A stretch of 64,000 bases of DNA, taken from assembly GCF_001194135.2 (NCBI RefSeq), contig NC_069008.1:18467390-18531389 (forward strand), given 5' to 3'. Position numbers and translations under genes: made by a program. The notes beneath the pieces were generated by a model, which did not search any database, was not told the DNA's origin, and was given only the letters and a program-made list of their open reading frames with translations. Below, piece by piece: positions 63,808 through 64,000 of this stretch (its first letter is position 1; every line of letters starts with the position of its first letter). Source of the DNA: Octopus bimaculoides. Lineage: Eukaryota.

Positions 63808-64000
63808 GTGAGTTGCTTATACTGTAGTTCTTACAACATCCGCCTTTATTAAGGGCTGGTGTTGTTGTTTGGGTTCGGGAGATGGGTATCTACCCTAAAT
63901 CTCGACTTCCAAAGAAGGTAACGTTTTATTTGTGTGGGATTTGAACTTACAATGTTTGGAGAAAATAAGGTAAGGTAATTTTGGTTCCGACGCTCTAACC

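Overview
Eukaryotic genomic DNA from a draft assembly with about 11 N gaps, most next to microsatellites. The microsatellite density and the SINE, RTE and mariner repeats point to a cephalopod (octopus-like) genome; this is an inference. There are no prokaryotic features (no CRISPR, operons or rRNA/tRNA genes). Two intron-containing genes can be rebuilt exon by exon with consistent phases. The first is the 5' end of USP24 on the minus strand (exons 13109-13447, 3659-3854, 726-793 and 1-55, continuing off the left edge). The second is a complete 320-aa annexin on the plus strand (9 coding exons, 22894-31012). The right half holds two isolated plus-strand start-codon exons (37213-37237 and 63552-63807). 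Both end in phase-1 donors and may be alternative first exons of a gene whose body lies beyond the window, possibly the PKA catalytic subunit (weak, unverified similarity). The rest is mostly decayed RTE and Tx1 LINEs, several SINE families, Tc1/mariner relics and simple repeats. Best leads: (1) a promoter-bearing antisense short-ORF unit nested in USP24 intron 1; (2) the putative alternative first exons; (3) an R4/Dong-type retrotransposon fragment inside a (TAA)n array right after the annexin polyA signal; (4) an in-frame maT/mariner chimeric transposase relic; (5) clustered MITF/TFE-type and RFX-type motifs. None is proven novel, and all need database or expression checks.
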